From positions 160,001 to 224,000 of the forward strand of contig CAVVNQ010000015.1 of assembly GCA_963749705.1 (NCBI GenBank): a DNA stretch of 64,000 nucleotides, read 5' to 3'. Of this stretch, positions 40,945-50,299 are shown one piece after another (within the stretch, counting starts at the first letter, position 1; each line of letters starts with the position of its first letter). The stretch comes from an uncultured Chloroflexia bacterium (GTDB taxonomy: Bacteria; Chloroflexota; Limnocylindria; Limnocylindrales; CSP1-4). The notes under the pieces are model-generated. The model was not told where the DNA came from. It was given only the letters and a program-made list of their open reading frames with translations, and ran no database searches. Made by a program: the position numbers and the translations under genes.

Positions 40945-41848
40945 GGTGTTCGACCGGTCGGGCAAGGTCCGTGACCTGTATCGCGTGGGCGACGATCGCC
41001 TGCTGCTCGTGGCGTCGGATCGCCTGAGCGCGTTCGACGTCATCCTGCCCACGACGATCCCGGACAAGGGCCGCATCCTGACGGGGTTCTCGCGGTTCTG
41101 GTTCGCGAAGACGGCGGACCTGGTGGGCAACCACCTGCTGTCGGCGGATCCCGCCGACCTGCCCGAGAGCCTCACCCATCGCGATCCGGCGCTGATGGCG
41201 GACCTCCGCGGACGGATGATGCTGGGACGGTTGACCGAGGTCCTGCCGGTCGAGTGCGTCGTCCGCGGATACCTGTCCGGGTCGGGCTGGAAGGAGTACC
41301 AGGCCGACGGCAGCGTGTGCGGGATCCGGTTCCCGGCCGGCATGCGCGAGAGCGACCGGCTGCCGGCGCCGATCTTCACCCCGGCATACAAGGCGCCGGC
41401 CGGTCATCACGACGAGAACATCACGTTCCGCCAGGTCGAGGAGCTGGTCGGCGACACCCTGGCCGAGCAGATCCGGGCCGTGTCGCTGGCCCTGTACCGA
41501 CGCGGGGCCGCGGTGTGCGAGGCTGCCGGGATCATCCTCGCCGACACCAAGTTCGAGTTCGGGCTGCTGCCGACCGGCCGGCTGCTCCTGATCGACGAGA
41601 TCCTGACGCCCAATTCGTCGCGCTTCTGGGATGCGGCGACATGGGAGCCTGGTCGCCCGCAGGCGAGCTACGACAAGCAGTACGTGCGCGACTGGCTCGA
41701 GGCGCAGCCGTGGGACAAGACGGCACCCGGGCCGGAGCTGCCGGACGAGGTCGTGGCCGGGACGCGGGCACGGTACGTGGAGGCCTACGAGCGGATCACC
41801 GGAGCGAGCTTCGCCCGCTACCTGCAGGAGGATGTCATCGCCCCATGA
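40931..41848 (+). CDS. purC: SAICAR synthetase
   Basis: GKVRDLY, SDRLSAFD, ECVVRGY, ADTKFEFG and DKQYVRDW motifs. Confidence 0.97.
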   Translation: MSLAEVFDRSGKVRDLYRVGDDRLLLVASDRLSAFDVILPTTIPDKGRILTGFSRFWFAKTADLVGNHLLSADPADLPESLTHRDPALMADLRGRMMLGRLTEVLPVECVVRGYLSGSGWKEYQADGSVCGIRFPAGMRESDRLPAPIFTPAYKAPAGHHDENITFRQVEELVGDTLAEQIRAVSLALYRRGAAVCEAAGIILADTKFEFGLLPTGRLLLIDEILTPNSSRFWDAATWEPGRPQASYDKQYVRDWLEAQPWDKTAPGPELPDEVVAGTRARYVEAYERITGASFARYLQEDVIAP

Positions 41849-42213
41849 GCGAGCCGACGCGCGCGTTCCGTTTCGCCGTCAACGTCACGCCCAAGCCCGG
41901 GATCCTGGACCCCCAGGGCCGGGCCGTCGAGCGCAGCCTGCCGCACCTCGGGATCGCAGGGGTCGGCGACGTCCGGGTCGGGCGGAGGGTCGAGCTGAGG
42001 GTGGAGGCGGCCGACCAGGCTGCCGCGCGAACCGTGGTCGAGCGGCTCGCCCGGGAGCTGCTGTCGAACCCGCTGATCGAGGCGTACGAGATCGAGGCTC
42101 GCGAGATCGATCCGGACGGGACGGGCGGTGGCGTGACCGGCGGGGGCGTGACCGGCTCGCCGGCGGCGGCGGACGCGGCCGGGCCGGGCTCGCGAGCGGG
42201 AGCGGCCGGGTGA
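41845..42213 (+). CDS. purS: FGAM synthase subunit PurS (Gly/Ala-rich tail)
   Basis: KPGILDPQG and LLSNPLIE motifs. Confidence 0.93.
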   Translation: MSEPTRAFRFAVNVTPKPGILDPQGRAVERSLPHLGIAGVGDVRVGRRVELRVEAADQAAARTVVERLARELLSNPLIEAYEIEAREIDPDGTGGGVTGGGVTGSPAAADAAGPGSRAGAAG

Positions 42214-42968
42214 GCGTCCGGATCGGGGTCGTCCTGTTCCCCGGGTCCAACCGCGACATCGACGCGGTCAACGCGCTGCGCCTGGCGGGTGCGGAGCCCG
42301 AGATCCTGTGGCACGAATCGACGGACCTGGCCGGGATCGCCGGGATCCTGATCCCGGGTGGCTTCGCGTACGGGGACTACCTGCGCGCCGGGGTGATCGC
42401 GCGCTTCAGCCCCGTGATGCGTGCGGTCGCGGCGTTCGCCGATCAGGGTGGGCCGGTGCTCGGCATCTGCAACGGGTTCCAGGTCCTCGCCGAGGCGGGC
42501 CTGGTCCCGGGCGCCCTGCTCCGGAACCGCGGCCTGCGGTTCGTGTGCCGTGAGGTGGCGCTGATGCCCGAGCGCCTCGACACGCCGTTCACGCGCGAGA
42601 TCGGCGAGCGACGCCCGCTGCGGATGCCGGTCGCCCACGGGGAAGGCTGCTACTACGCGGACGACGCGACGCTGGACGAGCTCGAGCGCGACGGCCGGGT
42701 GCTGTGGCGGTACGTGGACGGTGACGGTGCGATCGCCGGTCCCGACGACGCGGCCAACCCCAACGGGTCGCTCCGCGGCATCGCCGGCGTGCAGAACGCG
42801 GCCGGCAACGTCGCAGGCCTCATGCCGCATCCGGAGACGGCGGTCGAGGCCATCCTGGGCTCGGATGACGGGCTGGGGATCATCCGCTCGCTGGTCGTGA
42901 GCGCCGGGGAATGGGCGAGCACGGGGGCCATCACCGGCACCCGCGCCGCGACCGGAGCTGCCAGGTGA
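42210..42968 (+). CDS. purQ: FGAM synthase glutaminase subunit
   Basis: FPGSN, PGGFAYGDYLR, GICNGFQ and MPHPE motifs. Confidence 0.97.
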   Translation: MSVRIGVVLFPGSNRDIDAVNALRLAGAEPEILWHESTDLAGIAGILIPGGFAYGDYLRAGVIARFSPVMRAVAAFADQGGPVLGICNGFQVLAEAGLVPGALLRNRGLRFVCREVALMPERLDTPFTREIGERRPLRMPVAHGEGCYYADDATLDELERDGRVLWRYVDGDGAIAGPDDAANPNGSLRGIAGVQNAAGNVAGLMPHPETAVEAILGSDDGLGIIRSLVVSAGEWASTGAITGTRAATGAAR

Positions 42969-45310
42969 CCGCATCCACGACCCCCGCCGCCGTGCCGCTT
43001 CACCGGACGCTGGGCCTCGAGGACGTCGAGCTCGACGCGATCCGGGCCAAGCTGGGCCGTGACCCCAACGACCTCGAGCTCGCCATGTTCAGCGTCATGT
43101 GGAGCGAGCACTGCTCGTACAAGAGCAGCCGTCCGCTGCTGCGCACGCTGCCGACGAAGGGCGAGGACGTCGTCGCCGGGGTGGGGGAGCAGGCGGGCGT
43201 GATCTCGATCGGCGACGGGCTCGCGGTGGCGTTCAAGATCGAGAGCCACAACCACCCCAGCGCCGTCGAGCCGTACCAGGGCGCGGCCACGGGCGTGGGC
43301 GGGATCCTGCGCGACGTGTTCGCGATGGGCGCCCGCCCGATCGCGGTGCTCGACGCGCTCCGGTTCGGCGACCCGTCCGATGCGCGGACCCGGCACCTGG
43401 TCGACGGCGTCGTGCGCGGTGTCGGCGGGTACGGCAACTGCGTGGGCGTGCCGACCGTCGGGGGCGAGCTCGTGTTCGACTCGTCGTACCAGGGCAACCC
43501 GCTGGTCAACGTGATGGCGATCGGGCTGCTCGAGGAGGGGATGCTCACCCGGGCGGCCGCCGACGGGCCCGGCAACCTGGTGGTCCTGTACGGCTCGGCG
43601 ACCGGACGCGACGGGATCGGCGGGGCGTCGGTGCTCGCGAGCGCGACCTTCGGCGACCAGGAGGGCTCGAAGCGCCCGTCGGTCCAGGTCGGCGACCCGT
43701 TCGCCGAGAAGCTGCTGATCGAGGCGACGCTGGAGCTGATCGCGAAGGGCGTGGTCGTGTCGATCCAGGACCTGGGTGCGGCCGGGATCACCTGCGCAAC
43801 GTGCGAGACGGCCGACCGGGGCGCGACCGGGATGCTCGTCGACCTCGACGCGATCCCGCGGCGGGAGCCCGGCCTCGAGCCGTTCGAGGTGATGATCTCC
43901 GAGTCCCAGGAGCGGATGGTCGCCATCGTCGAGCCGGCGCGCTGGGACGCCGTGCGCGCGATCTGCGAGCGGTGGGACCTGCCGGTCGCGATCATCGGAC
44001 GCGTCACCGAGCAGCCCGACATCGTGGTCCTCACGGGTCCCGACGGTGCCGGGGCGCTGGATGCCCAGGGCCGCCCCGTCGCCGGTGCGCTCGAGCTCGC
44101 CCGCATCCCGGCACGCGCGCTCGCGTCGGAGGCGATCGAGTTCGAGCGAGCGTCGCGATCGCCCGCGCGCCGCCGCCAGGCACCGGCGCCGGGCATGCCC
44201 ACGGAGCCCACCGAGGCGCTGCCCGGCCGCGGCATGGACCCCGGCGCCGTGCTGCTGGCCCTGCTCGGCTCGGCCAACCTGTCGTCGCGGCGGATCGTGT
44301 ACGAGCAGTACGACCACAACGTACAGGCCAACACCGTCGCCGGCCCGGGTCGCGGCGCCGCGGTCATCCGGATCAAGGGAACCACGAAGGCCCTGGTCGC
44401 GACGACCGACGCGAACGCGTCGGTCGGGGTCCTCGACCCCTGGCTGGGCGCCGCGCTGTCGGTCGCGGAGGCCGCCCGCAACGTGTCGATCACCGGTGCC
44501 CGGCCGCTGGGCGTCACCAACTGCCTCAACTACGGGGATCCCACCCGACCCGAGGCGTTCTGGCAGCTGTCCGAGGCCGTCCGCGGCCTGTCCGACGCGT
44601 GCGTCGCGCTGGGGCTGCCGGTCACCGGCGGCAACGTGTCCCTGTACAACGAATCCCGCTCGGGCGCGATCGCGCCGACGCCCGAGATCGGGATCGTGGG
44701 CCTGCTCGCCGACGTGTCGACCCGGGTCGGTCCGGCGTTCGCCGCGGATGGGAACGTCGTGGTCGCGGTCGGATCGCCCGGCCCCGGGCTCGCCGGCAGC
44801 GAGTACGCCCGTCTGGCCGGTGCCGCCGCCGAGGACGGTCCGCCACCCCTCGACCTCGAGCGCGAGCGGGCGGTCCAGGCGTTCATCCGCGAGGCCATCG
44901 CCCGCGGCCTCGTCGAGAGCTGCCAGGACGTGTCCGGTGGCGGGCTCGCGGTGGCGCTGGCCGAGATGGCGATCTGGGGCGATCGCGGTGCTCGTCTCCG
45001 GGTGTCGGTGGGGGATTCGCCCGCCGTGGCGCTGTTCGGCGAGAGCCCGTCACGGCTGGTGGCCGAGGTCATGCCGCGCCACGTCCCGGCCTTCGTCCTG
45101 CTCGCCCGCCACCACGGCCTGCCGACCGATGAGCTGGGCGTCACCGGTGGCACGCAGCTGGTGATCGAGATGGCCGGCGAAGGCGCCACGGGCGCCGCCG
45201 AGGAACGCGGCAGCCGGATCGCGGACGCGCTCGAGGTCCCGGTGCCGGATCTCCGGCACGCGTGGGAGCATGGGCTGCCGCGGGCGCTGGGCCTCGAGGA
45301 CGACCGCTGA
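42965..45310 (+). CDS. purL: FGAM synthase subunit PurL
   Basis: MWSEHCSYK, ESHNHPS, QDLGAAG, SESQERM and GGNVSLYN motifs. Confidence 0.97.
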   Translation: MTASTTPAAVPLHRTLGLEDVELDAIRAKLGRDPNDLELAMFSVMWSEHCSYKSSRPLLRTLPTKGEDVVAGVGEQAGVISIGDGLAVAFKIESHNHPSAVEPYQGAATGVGGILRDVFAMGARPIAVLDALRFGDPSDARTRHLVDGVVRGVGGYGNCVGVPTVGGELVFDSSYQGNPLVNVMAIGLLEEGMLTRAAADGPGNLVVLYGSATGRDGIGGASVLASATFGDQEGSKRPSVQVGDPFAEKLLIEATLELIAKGVVVSIQDLGAAGITCATCETADRGATGMLVDLDAIPRREPGLEPFEVMISESQERMVAIVEPARWDAVRAICERWDLPVAIIGRVTEQPDIVVLTGPDGAGALDAQGRPVAGALELARIPARALASEAIEFERASRSPARRRQAPAPGMPTEPTEALPGRGMDPGAVLLALLGSANLSSRRIVYEQYDHNVQANTVAGPGRGAAVIRIKGTTKALVATTDANASVGVLDPWLGAALSVAEAARNVSITGARPLGVTNCLNYGDPTRPEAFWQLSEAVRGLSDACVALGLPVTGGNVSLYNESRSGAIAPTPEIGIVGLLADVSTRVGPAFAADGNVVVAVGSPGPGLAGSEYARLAGAAAEDGPPPLDLERERAVQAFIREAIARGLVESCQDVSGGGLAVALAEMAIWGDRGARLRVSVGDSPAVALFGESPSRLVAEVMPRHVPAFVLLARHHGLPTDELGVTGGTQLVIEMAGEGATGAAEERGSRIADALEVPVPDLRHAWEHGLPRALGLEDDR

Positions 45311-46794
45311 TGTGCGGCGTCGTCGGCGTCGTCCTGCCAGATCGTGGCCATGAGGCGGCCGCGGTGGCCGCCACGGCGCTGTTCGCGCTCCAGCACCGCG
45401 GCCAGGAGTCAGCCGGTGTCGGGGTGTCCGACGGCCGGAACCTGATGATCTACAAGGACCTGGGCATGGTCGGCACCGTGCTCGACGAGCGGCGCATCCC
45501 GTCGCTCGCGGGCGACCTCGCGGTCGCCCATTGCCGCTACTCGACCACGGGCTCCACGGTCTGGGAGAACGCCCAGCCGACACTCCGGCTCGGCCCGCGC
45601 CGGGCGCTCGCGATCGGCCACAACGGGAACCTCGTCAATACGCGCGAGCTGCTCACCCAGCTCCAGGGGGGCCGCGGACGCCTCCCCGCGTCGACCGACA
45701 CGGAGCTCCTCACCGCGCTGCTCGCCGACGAGCCGGCCGCCGACACGGTCGATGCGCTCCGCCGCGTGCTGCCCCGAGTGCGCGGCGCGTACAGCCTGGT
45801 CGTCCTCGACGAGCAGCGCGTCATCGGGGTCCGCGACCCGCACGGCTTCCGGCCGCTCGTCCTGGGCCGGCTTCCGGCGCCGGCGGGCCAGCCCGACGGG
45901 CCCGGCCTGTGGGGCGACGACACGGCTGGCTGGATGCTCGCCTCGGAGACCGCGGCGCTGGACATCGTGGGCGCGGAGTACGTGCGCGACGTGGAGCCGG
46001 GCGAGATCGTGGTGCTCGAGCCGGGCCGGGAGCCGGTGTCCGTGCGGTACGCCACCGCGACCCCAGCGCTGTGCGTGTTCGAGCTGATCTACTTCGCCCG
46101 GCCCGACTCGTACATGGAAGGTCGCAACCTGTACGAGGCGCGGCGCCAGATGGGGATCCAGCTCGCCGCGGAGCACGCCGTGGAGGCGGACATGGTGATG
46201 CCGGTCCCCGACACCGGCGCGCCCGCCGCGGCCGGGTTCGCCGAGGCCTCGGGCATCCCGTACCGCGAGGGCATGGTCCGCAACCGGTACAGCGGCCGGA
46301 CCTTCATCCAGCCCTCGCAGGCGATGCGCCAGCGGGGGGTCAACGTCAAGCTCAGCCCGCTGCGCGAGGTGGTCCGCGACCGCCGCCTGATCGTGGTCGA
46401 CGACTCGATCGTGCGCGGCAACACGACCAAGCAGATCGTGGGCCTGCTCCGTCGCGCGGGCGCCCGCGAGGTCCATGTCCGGATCAGCGCCCCGCCCATC
46501 TACCACCCGTGCTTCTACGGGATCGACACCGCGATCGAGACCGAGCTGATCGCGGGCACCCACTCGGTGGACGAGATCCGGGAGTTCATCGGCGCCGACA
46601 CGCTGGGCTACCTGTCGATCCGGGGGGTGCTGGCCGCGCTCGACCTCCCGTACGAGCAGTTCTGCTTCGCCTGCTTCGACGGCAACTACCCCGAGCCCGT
46701 GCCGTACGACGTCTCGGCCCGCAAGTTCATGCTTGAGACATCCCCCGAACCCGCGCGCGCCGAGGGCGTGGCGCCGGCCGACGCGGCCGGATGA
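45310..46794 (+). CDS. purF: amidophosphoribosyltransferase
   Basis: N-terminal MCG, QHRGQESAG, HNGNL and VDDSIVRG motifs; Fe-S cysteines. Confidence 0.97.
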   Translation: MCGVVGVVLPDRGHEAAAVAATALFALQHRGQESAGVGVSDGRNLMIYKDLGMVGTVLDERRIPSLAGDLAVAHCRYSTTGSTVWENAQPTLRLGPRRALAIGHNGNLVNTRELLTQLQGGRGRLPASTDTELLTALLADEPAADTVDALRRVLPRVRGAYSLVVLDEQRVIGVRDPHGFRPLVLGRLPAPAGQPDGPGLWGDDTAGWMLASETAALDIVGAEYVRDVEPGEIVVLEPGREPVSVRYATATPALCVFELIYFARPDSYMEGRNLYEARRQMGIQLAAEHAVEADMVMPVPDTGAPAAAGFAEASGIPYREGMVRNRYSGRTFIQPSQAMRQRGVNVKLSPLREVVRDRRLIVVDDSIVRGNTTKQIVGLLRRAGAREVHVRISAPPIYHPCFYGIDTAIETELIAGTHSVDEIREFIGADTLGYLSIRGVLAALDLPYEQFCFACFDGNYPEPVPYDVSARKFMLETSPEPARAEGVAPADAAG

Positions 46795-47945
46795 CGGACC
46801 CCCGACCGGCGTCCGCGCGAGCGGCGTACGCGCGATCCGGCGTCGACGTCGCGGCGGGCGAGCGCGCGGTCGAGCTGATGCGCGCGTCGGTCGCCTCCAC
46901 GCACCGGCCCGAGGTGCTGGGCGGTCTGGGCGGGTTCGGATCGGCCATCACGATCCCGGCCGGCATCCGCGAACCGGTCATGGTTGCCTCGACCGACGGC
47001 GTGGGCACCAAGACCGCGATTGCGGCTGCGCTGGGCCGGTTCGACACGATCGGCGTGGACCTGGTCGCGATGTGCGCCGACGATGTCGTGTGCAGCGGCG
47101 CGGAGCCGGTGGCATTCCTCGACTACGTGGCGGTGGGCCAGCTCGACCCGACCCAGGTCGCCGAGCTCGTCGGAGGCGTCGCCGACGGCTGTCGCCAGGC
47201 GGGCTGCGCGCTCGTGGGCGGCGAGACCGCCGAGCATCCCGGCCTGATGGACGCGCACGAGTTCGACCTCGCCGGGTTCTGCGTGGGCATCGCGGAGCGC
47301 TCGCGCCTGCTGGACGTCACCGCCGCGCGCGCGGGCGACGTGATCGTGGGGTTCGCGTCGAGCGGGCTCCACGCCAACGGATACTCGCTGGTGCGGGCGC
47401 TCGTCGCGGAGCACGAGCTGCCGCTCCAGGAGTCGTTCCAGGCGCTGCTTCGCCGGGTGCTGGGCGACGCGGAGGCCGCCGCGCACATCACGCGCGAGCC
47501 CGACCACGAGCTGGCCACGCTGGGCGAGGTCCTGCTGACCCCGACCCGGATCTACGCGCCGGCCGTGCTCGCGATCCGCGAGGCGCTGCTCGCCGACGGC
47601 ACCGACGTCCATGGCATCGCGCACATCACCGGCGGGGGACTGCCCGGCAACGTCCCTCGCGCCCTGCCCGCGAACCTCGCCGCCCGGCTCGACCCGTCCG
47701 CGTGGCCGATGCCCGCGGTGATGGCCCTGCTCGGGGCGCTGGGCGGGATCGAGGACGACGAGCTGCGGGCGACGTTCAACGGGGGTCTGGGCATGGTCGT
47801 GGTCGTGCCGGCATCGGCCGCGGAGCGAACGGTCGGGCTGGCCGGCCAACGGGGGCTGCCGGCGTGGGTGGTCGGCGAGGTGGTGCCGGCCGGCGAGACG
47901 GGTTCCGGTCGCTATGCCGAGGGTCGTCGTGGGCGGACCAGCTGA
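46791..47945 (+). CDS. purM: AIR synthetase
   Basis: Y..SGVD, TDGVGTK, GGETAE, SSGLHANGYS and HITGGG motifs. Confidence 0.97.
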   Translation: MTDPRPASARAAYARSGVDVAAGERAVELMRASVASTHRPEVLGGLGGFGSAITIPAGIREPVMVASTDGVGTKTAIAAALGRFDTIGVDLVAMCADDVVCSGAEPVAFLDYVAVGQLDPTQVAELVGGVADGCRQAGCALVGGETAEHPGLMDAHEFDLAGFCVGIAERSRLLDVTAARAGDVIVGFASSGLHANGYSLVRALVAEHELPLQESFQALLRRVLGDAEAAAHITREPDHELATLGEVLLTPTRIYAPAVLAIREALLADGTDVHGIAHITGGGLPGNVPRALPANLAARLDPSAWPMPAVMALLGALGGIEDDELRATFNGGLGMVVVVPASAAERTVGLAGQRGLPAWVVGEVVPAGETGSGRYAEGRRGRTS

Positions 47946-47960
47946 GCCGATGGAGGAGAC

Positions 47961-50234
47961 ATGAGTCATTCGGGTCGGATCGCGGTCGGCGTGTCGGGAT
48001 CGGGCTCCAACCTGCGGGCGCTCGCGGCGGCGGCCGCGCGCGGCGCGCTGGGTGGCGAGGTCGTGCTCGTGTTCGCGGATCGCCCGTGCGCCGCGCTCGA
48101 CTGGGCGGCGGAGCAGGGGATCGACACCGTGCTCGTGCCCGGCGGCGACGACGCGACCCTGGCCGAGACCCTGGCCGCCGTCGAGCCCGATGCGGTCGTC
48201 CTCGCGGGCTACCTGCGGCTGGTCGGACCCGCGGTGCTGGCGGCATTCGGCGGCCGGATCCTCAACGTCCACCCGTCGCTGCTGCCGGCGTTCCCGGGGC
48301 TCCATGCCGTGCGCGATGCGCTGGCGGCAGGCGTCGCGGTCACCGGCGTCACCGTCCACCTCGTGGACGCGACGCTCGACGGCGGCCCGATCGTCGCCCA
48401 GGAGGCGGTCCCCGTGCTGCCCGAGGACGACGAGGACTCGCTGCTCGGGCGCCTCCACCCGGTCGAGCACCGGCTGCTGCCGGCGGCCGTCGCCGCCCTG
48501 CTCGCCGGGGCGCTGACCCGGCCCGGGGGCGCGCGCCGCGCACGCCTGGACACCGCGATCGCCGACGCCGCCGTCCCGGTACCGCGCCGCGCCCTCCTGT
48601 CGGTGTCCGACAAGCGCGCGCTCGCCGAGCTCGGGCGGGGCCTGGTCACCCGCGGCTTCGAGCTGGTGAGCACCGGCGGCACCGCCCGGGCGCTGCGCGA
48701 GGTCGGCCTTCCGGTCACGGACGTCGCCGCGGTCACCGGGTTCCCGGAGATGCTCGACGGTCGGGTCAAGACGCTCCATCCCCGGGTACATGCCGGGCTG
48801 CTCGCCGATCGCCGCCGGGTGGATCACCGCGAGGCGCTGCTGGCCGCGGGCATCGCGCCGTTCGAGCTCGTGGTCGTCAACCTGTATCCGTTCGCCGAGG
48901 CGGCGCGCAGGCCCGGCCTCTCGTTCGATGACCTGGTCGAGGAGATCGACATCGGCGGCCCGTCGATGGTCCGGGCGGCGGCCAAGAACCACGCCTCGGT
49001 CGCGATCGTCACCTCGCCGGACCGGTATGACGCGATCCTCGCGGCGCTCGACGACCACGGCGAGATCCCGCTCGGGCTCCGCTCGGCGCTGGCCGTCGAG
49101 GCGTTCCGGCACACCGCCGCCTACGACGCGCGGATCGCCGCCGAGCTGCCCGGCCGAATGGTCGAGGCGGGCGTCCCACTCCCGCCCGAGCCGGGTCTGC
49201 CCACCTCGGACGACCCCTACCCGCCGACCCTGACGATCTCGATGACCAAGGTCGAGACGCTGCGCTACGGCGAGAACCCGCACCAGCCCGCCGCGCGCTA
49301 CCGTCGGACCGACCGCGAGCCGCGCCCCGGCGAGGGCCCGTTCGCATCCGGTGAGCCGCCGCTGCAGGGCAAGGCGCTGAGCTACAACAACGTGCTCGAC
49401 GCGTCCGCCGCCGCGGCCGTCGCCCGGCAGCTGCGCGGGCCGGCGATCGTGATCATGAAGCACACCAACCCATGCGGCGCCGCCGAGCGGTCGAACCTGC
49501 TCAATTCCTGGGATGCGGCGCTGGCCGGCGACCCGGTCTCGGCGTTCGGGGGCGTCGTGGCCGTGCGGGGTGCCGTCGATCGCGCGCTCGCGGAGCGACT
49601 CACGTCACTGTTCCTCGAGGTGGTCGTGGCCCCGGCCTACGACGAGGCGGCGCTCGCGGTCCTGGCGACCCGGCCGAACCTGCGCCTGGTCGTCGATCCG
49701 GCGCTCGATCCGGCGGGCGACGCAGGCGGTCAGGGGCGGTCCGCGACGCCGGATCCCGACCACCTGGGCTCGGTGCGCACCACCGGGGGCGCCGTGCTGG
49801 TCACCGCCCCGGACACCCGGCCCGACGACCCGGCGACCTGGAGGTGCACGACATCGCGCCGCCCGACCGACCGCGAGCTGGCCGACCTCGATCTCGCCTG
49901 GCGGCTCGTCCGGGGCGTCGTGTCGAATGCCATCCTGCTGGTCCGTGACGGGATGCTGGTGGGGCTGGGCAGCGGCCAGGTCAGCCGGGTCGACGCGTGC
50001 CGTCAGGCGGTCGACAAGGCCGTCCGGTTCCAGGGCGATGCCGGGGCGCGGGGCGCCGTCGCCGCATCGGACGCGTTCTTCCCGTTCGCCGACGGCCCCG
50101 AGGCGCTGCTCGAGGGCGGGGTGACGGCGATCGTGCAGCCCGGCGGCTCGATGCGCGACGCCGACGTCCTCGCCGCCGTCGAGGCGGCGGGCGCGGCAAT
50201 GCTGGTGACCGGAACCCGCCACTTCCGGCATTGA
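47961..50234 (+). CDS. purH: fused GAR transformylase PurN + AICAR transformylase/IMP cyclohydrolase PurH
   Basis: N-terminal SGSGSNL, NVHPSLLP and LDGGPI (PurN), then ALLSVSDK, GRVKTLHP, IDIGGP, LRYGENPHQ and RHFRH (PurH) in one frame. Confidence 0.96.
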   Translation: MSHSGRIAVGVSGSGSNLRALAAAAARGALGGEVVLVFADRPCAALDWAAEQGIDTVLVPGGDDATLAETLAAVEPDAVVLAGYLRLVGPAVLAAFGGRILNVHPSLLPAFPGLHAVRDALAAGVAVTGVTVHLVDATLDGGPIVAQEAVPVLPEDDEDSLLGRLHPVEHRLLPAAVAALLAGALTRPGGARRARLDTAIADAAVPVPRRALLSVSDKRALAELGRGLVTRGFELVSTGGTARALREVGLPVTDVAAVTGFPEMLDGRVKTLHPRVHAGLLADRRRVDHREALLAAGIAPFELVVVNLYPFAEAARRPGLSFDDLVEEIDIGGPSMVRAAAKNHASVAIVTSPDRYDAILAALDDHGEIPLGLRSALAVEAFRHTAAYDARIAAELPGRMVEAGVPLPPEPGLPTSDDPYPPTLTISMTKVETLRYGENPHQPAARYRRTDREPRPGEGPFASGEPPLQGKALSYNNVLDASAAAAVARQLRGPAIVIMKHTNPCGAAERSNLLNSWDAALAGDPVSAFGGVVAVRGAVDRALAERLTSLFLEVVVAPAYDEAALAVLATRPNLRLVVDPALDPAGDAGGQGRSATPDPDHLGSVRTTGGAVLVTAPDTRPDDPATWRCTTSRRPTDRELADLDLAWRLVRGVVSNAILLVRDGMLVGLGSGQVSRVDACRQAVDKAVRFQGDAGARGAVAASDAFFPFADGPEALLEGGVTAIVQPGGSMRDADVLAAVEAAGAAMLVTGTRHFRH

Positions 50235-50299
50235 CCAGCCTCGACCATCGGCGCCCCGCACCCCGCCGTGCCTGCCGCCGCTGCTACCATCGGCCGGCC

